Below are positions 61,601-64,000 of a DNA stretch of 64,000 bases, piece by piece. Each line of letters opens with the position of its first letter. Position 1 is the first letter of the stretch. The notes below the pieces were generated by a model. It saw only the letters and a program-made list of their open reading frames with translations, was not told the origin of the DNA and searched no databases. Source of the stretch: Marsupella aquatica (lineage: Eukaryota > Plantae > Marchantiophyta); contig OZ316899.1 of NCBI GenBank assembly GCA_973895155.1, positions 8,745,241-8,809,240 on the forward strand. The letters run 5' to 3'. A program made the position numbers and the translations under genes.

Positions 61601-64000
61601 CTCATCCACCAAGACCCAAGAACCAAAAGAGCAGATGAAGAAGTCAGACGAATCATCCACCTCAATGAGATGCTAGAGAAAATTCCAGACTCATTCAATG
61701 ATGCAGCGAACGTGACCAGGTCACATAGAAGCAACCAATGTACCTGCACGAGTGCAGACCTCCAAGACCCCCGCTTCGGGCGCCGCTTCTGAAATAGCAC
61801 CGAGAGCAAAACGGGGAAGACCCCCAGGAGCAAAAGACAACCATCCACGACAAAAAAGAACCCCGACTACGAATCCTGTCACAACATTAAGTATCGTACA
61901 CTCAGCACCAACAAACTCCCAAAGCCACAATAATGAAGAAATCTCGATCAAATATCAAAACTGGCCAGATATACCAACGACAGACCACAAAAATAAATGA
62001 AAAGTTTGTATATCATATAGCACAAGAAATAGAAAGTGATACACCAGACCCACTTACTATGAAAGAAGCTCAACAAAGAACAGATTGGCCGAAATGGCAA
62101 GAGGCCATCAACACGGAGATGGATGCCCTCATCAAAAGACAGGTCTTTGGACCACTTATACCGGCACCACCAGGTAACAACTACACAGAATTAATCCCGA
62201 TTCACATTCATTAGAAAACGGAATGCGAAAGGAGAAGTAATAAGATACAGAGCAAGACTAGTAGCCAAAGGGTATACACAAATACCAAGCAGGGATTACG
62301 ACCTCACATATTCACCCGTCAGGGACGCGATCACATACAGATACCTTATTACTTTCTCCATACAACATAAACTTATCAACAATTTAATGGACGTGGTAAC
62401 TGCGTACCTTTATGGCACTCTGGACACAGACATTTACATGAAAGCACCTCACGAATTGATCCAAAGAGTGAAACACTATACTCAGGGGGAGACGTCCCAG
62501 AACCTGAGCCCAGATATCAAGTCGGGTATACGACAGATCATACCTGATGAAACGGTTAAAATGCTCCTTATGCATAGTGGACATACACAAGACAAGCATA
62601 AGAAAACCCCTGGAAATACAGGATCTGACAAACCGACATTAGCCGTAAAAGTATTACGCTCCATAAATGGCCTTAAACAGAGCGGACGAATATGGTACAA
62701 GAAGTTTAAAACAGAGATGATCAACCTTGGATTCACCAACAACAATATTGCCCCATGTCTCTTTATCAAACAAAGGAACGATGAATTCATTATATTAGCA
62801 CTGTACATCAACGATGTGAACCTGTTTGGGACACCCACAATTATCAAAGAGACTATCAGAACCCTGAAAGGAGTGTTCGAAATGAAAGACCTGGGCGAAC
62901 CAACATATTGCTTAGGATTACAATTCGAGCACCTCCAGAATGGCACCTTTATCTACCAATCAACATACACACAAAAGATTATCAAATAGTTCAACATGCA
63001 CCTATCACACCCGGTCTCCACACCAATGGAACTCCGGTCCCTTGACCCAGCAAAAGATATGTTCAGACGCAGACAAGATCACGAACCTATATTAGGCTCG
63101 GAAAAACCCTATCTATCTGCTGTGGGAGCGCTAATGTACCTAGCGAATCACACACGGCCTGACATCTCATTCTCAGTTAGTCTCCTTGCAAGACACAGCG
63201 CACAACCGACAATCCGCCACTGGAATGGCATCAAAAGGATATTTAGGTACCTCCAAGGCACCCCTGACCTGGGCCTTTTCTTCCCGAAAGACAGCCCCGA
63301 CAACCTCATCGGAACACAGACGCTGGATACTTATCTGACCCCCAAGACTCAAAATCTCAAACTGGCTATGTCTTCCTGCAAGGCACGACTGCAATATCCT
63401 GGCGTAGCACAAAGCAAATGATGACAACCACATCATCAAATCATTCTAAAGTCATAGCATTATACGAGGCATGCAGAGAAGCCCTATGTTTAAGAAGTAT
63501 CATTAACCACATCAGGACCAGCACTGGAAAGTCGAAGATAACCAAACCCACAATAATCTATGAGGATAATAAAGCCTGCATAGACCAAATCGTCAACGGC
63601 ATTATGAAAACCAAAAGAACCAAGCATATTGATCCCAAGTTCTTCTTTACGCAAGAACAACAAGGCAAGAACATACAAGTAGAACGGATTTGATCACAGG
63701 ATAACAGGGCAGATATATTCACAAAACCTCTACCTGCTGGAACTCATAGAGACCACGTCGCTGGAATAGGTATGAAAAAGCTATCCATATTACTCCAAGA
63801 AAGCCAGGACATACAATCCTTAACAAAAAGCACATAAACTGCAAATGCCAGCACGCAAAATCCAACTAATGATGAACGGACCCGACAGCAACAGCCCATA
63901 CTAGAGGTTCGCAACTCCGTTCATACATTTCACTTCATCTTCTTTCCTTCTTCGTCCATCACCGTTACTTTGATGTAGATCGCCAACACTTAACAAGCCA
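58663..64000 (+). mobile_element. Second Bianca-type Ty1/copia retrotransposon; 3' LTR beyond the window
   Basis: LTR TGTTGTAA...CA at 58663-58802, then PBS CGTTATCAGCACG. Broken gag-pol at 59230-63800 (IIDSGTSH, WHCRLGHPG, GLKQSGRIW, RTKHIDPKFF), homologous to element 2. Confidence 0.93.

Overview
Eukaryotic land-plant DNA, probably bryophyte/liverwort-like (inferred), and mostly transposons. One intact host gene: a 21-exon BSU1-family Kelch-repeat PPP phosphatase (BSL2/3-like; minus strand, 50360->26153), whose five large introns contain decayed L1-type LINE relics. Other elements: a complete Tnt1/Tork-like Ty1/copia (10192-16577), two Bianca-type copia (18644-24523; 58663 to window end), a CACTA TNP2 fragment, and a chromovirus 3' end whose LTR forms a ~1.45 kb inverted repeat with a second copy. 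The most unusual region is 1-~8200. It appears to be a Mutator-like DNA transposon with a GCM-type Zn-finger DDE transposase, head-to-head with a spliced cargo gene that fuses a ParB/Srx-like domain (DGNHR) to a prokaryote-type beta-class N6A/N4C DNA-methyltransferase-like domain. Six copies of an 18-bp palindrome sit only in its non-coding DNA. This copy is decayed (stop codons, frameshift). All domain calls are by-eye motif recognition; no searches were run.
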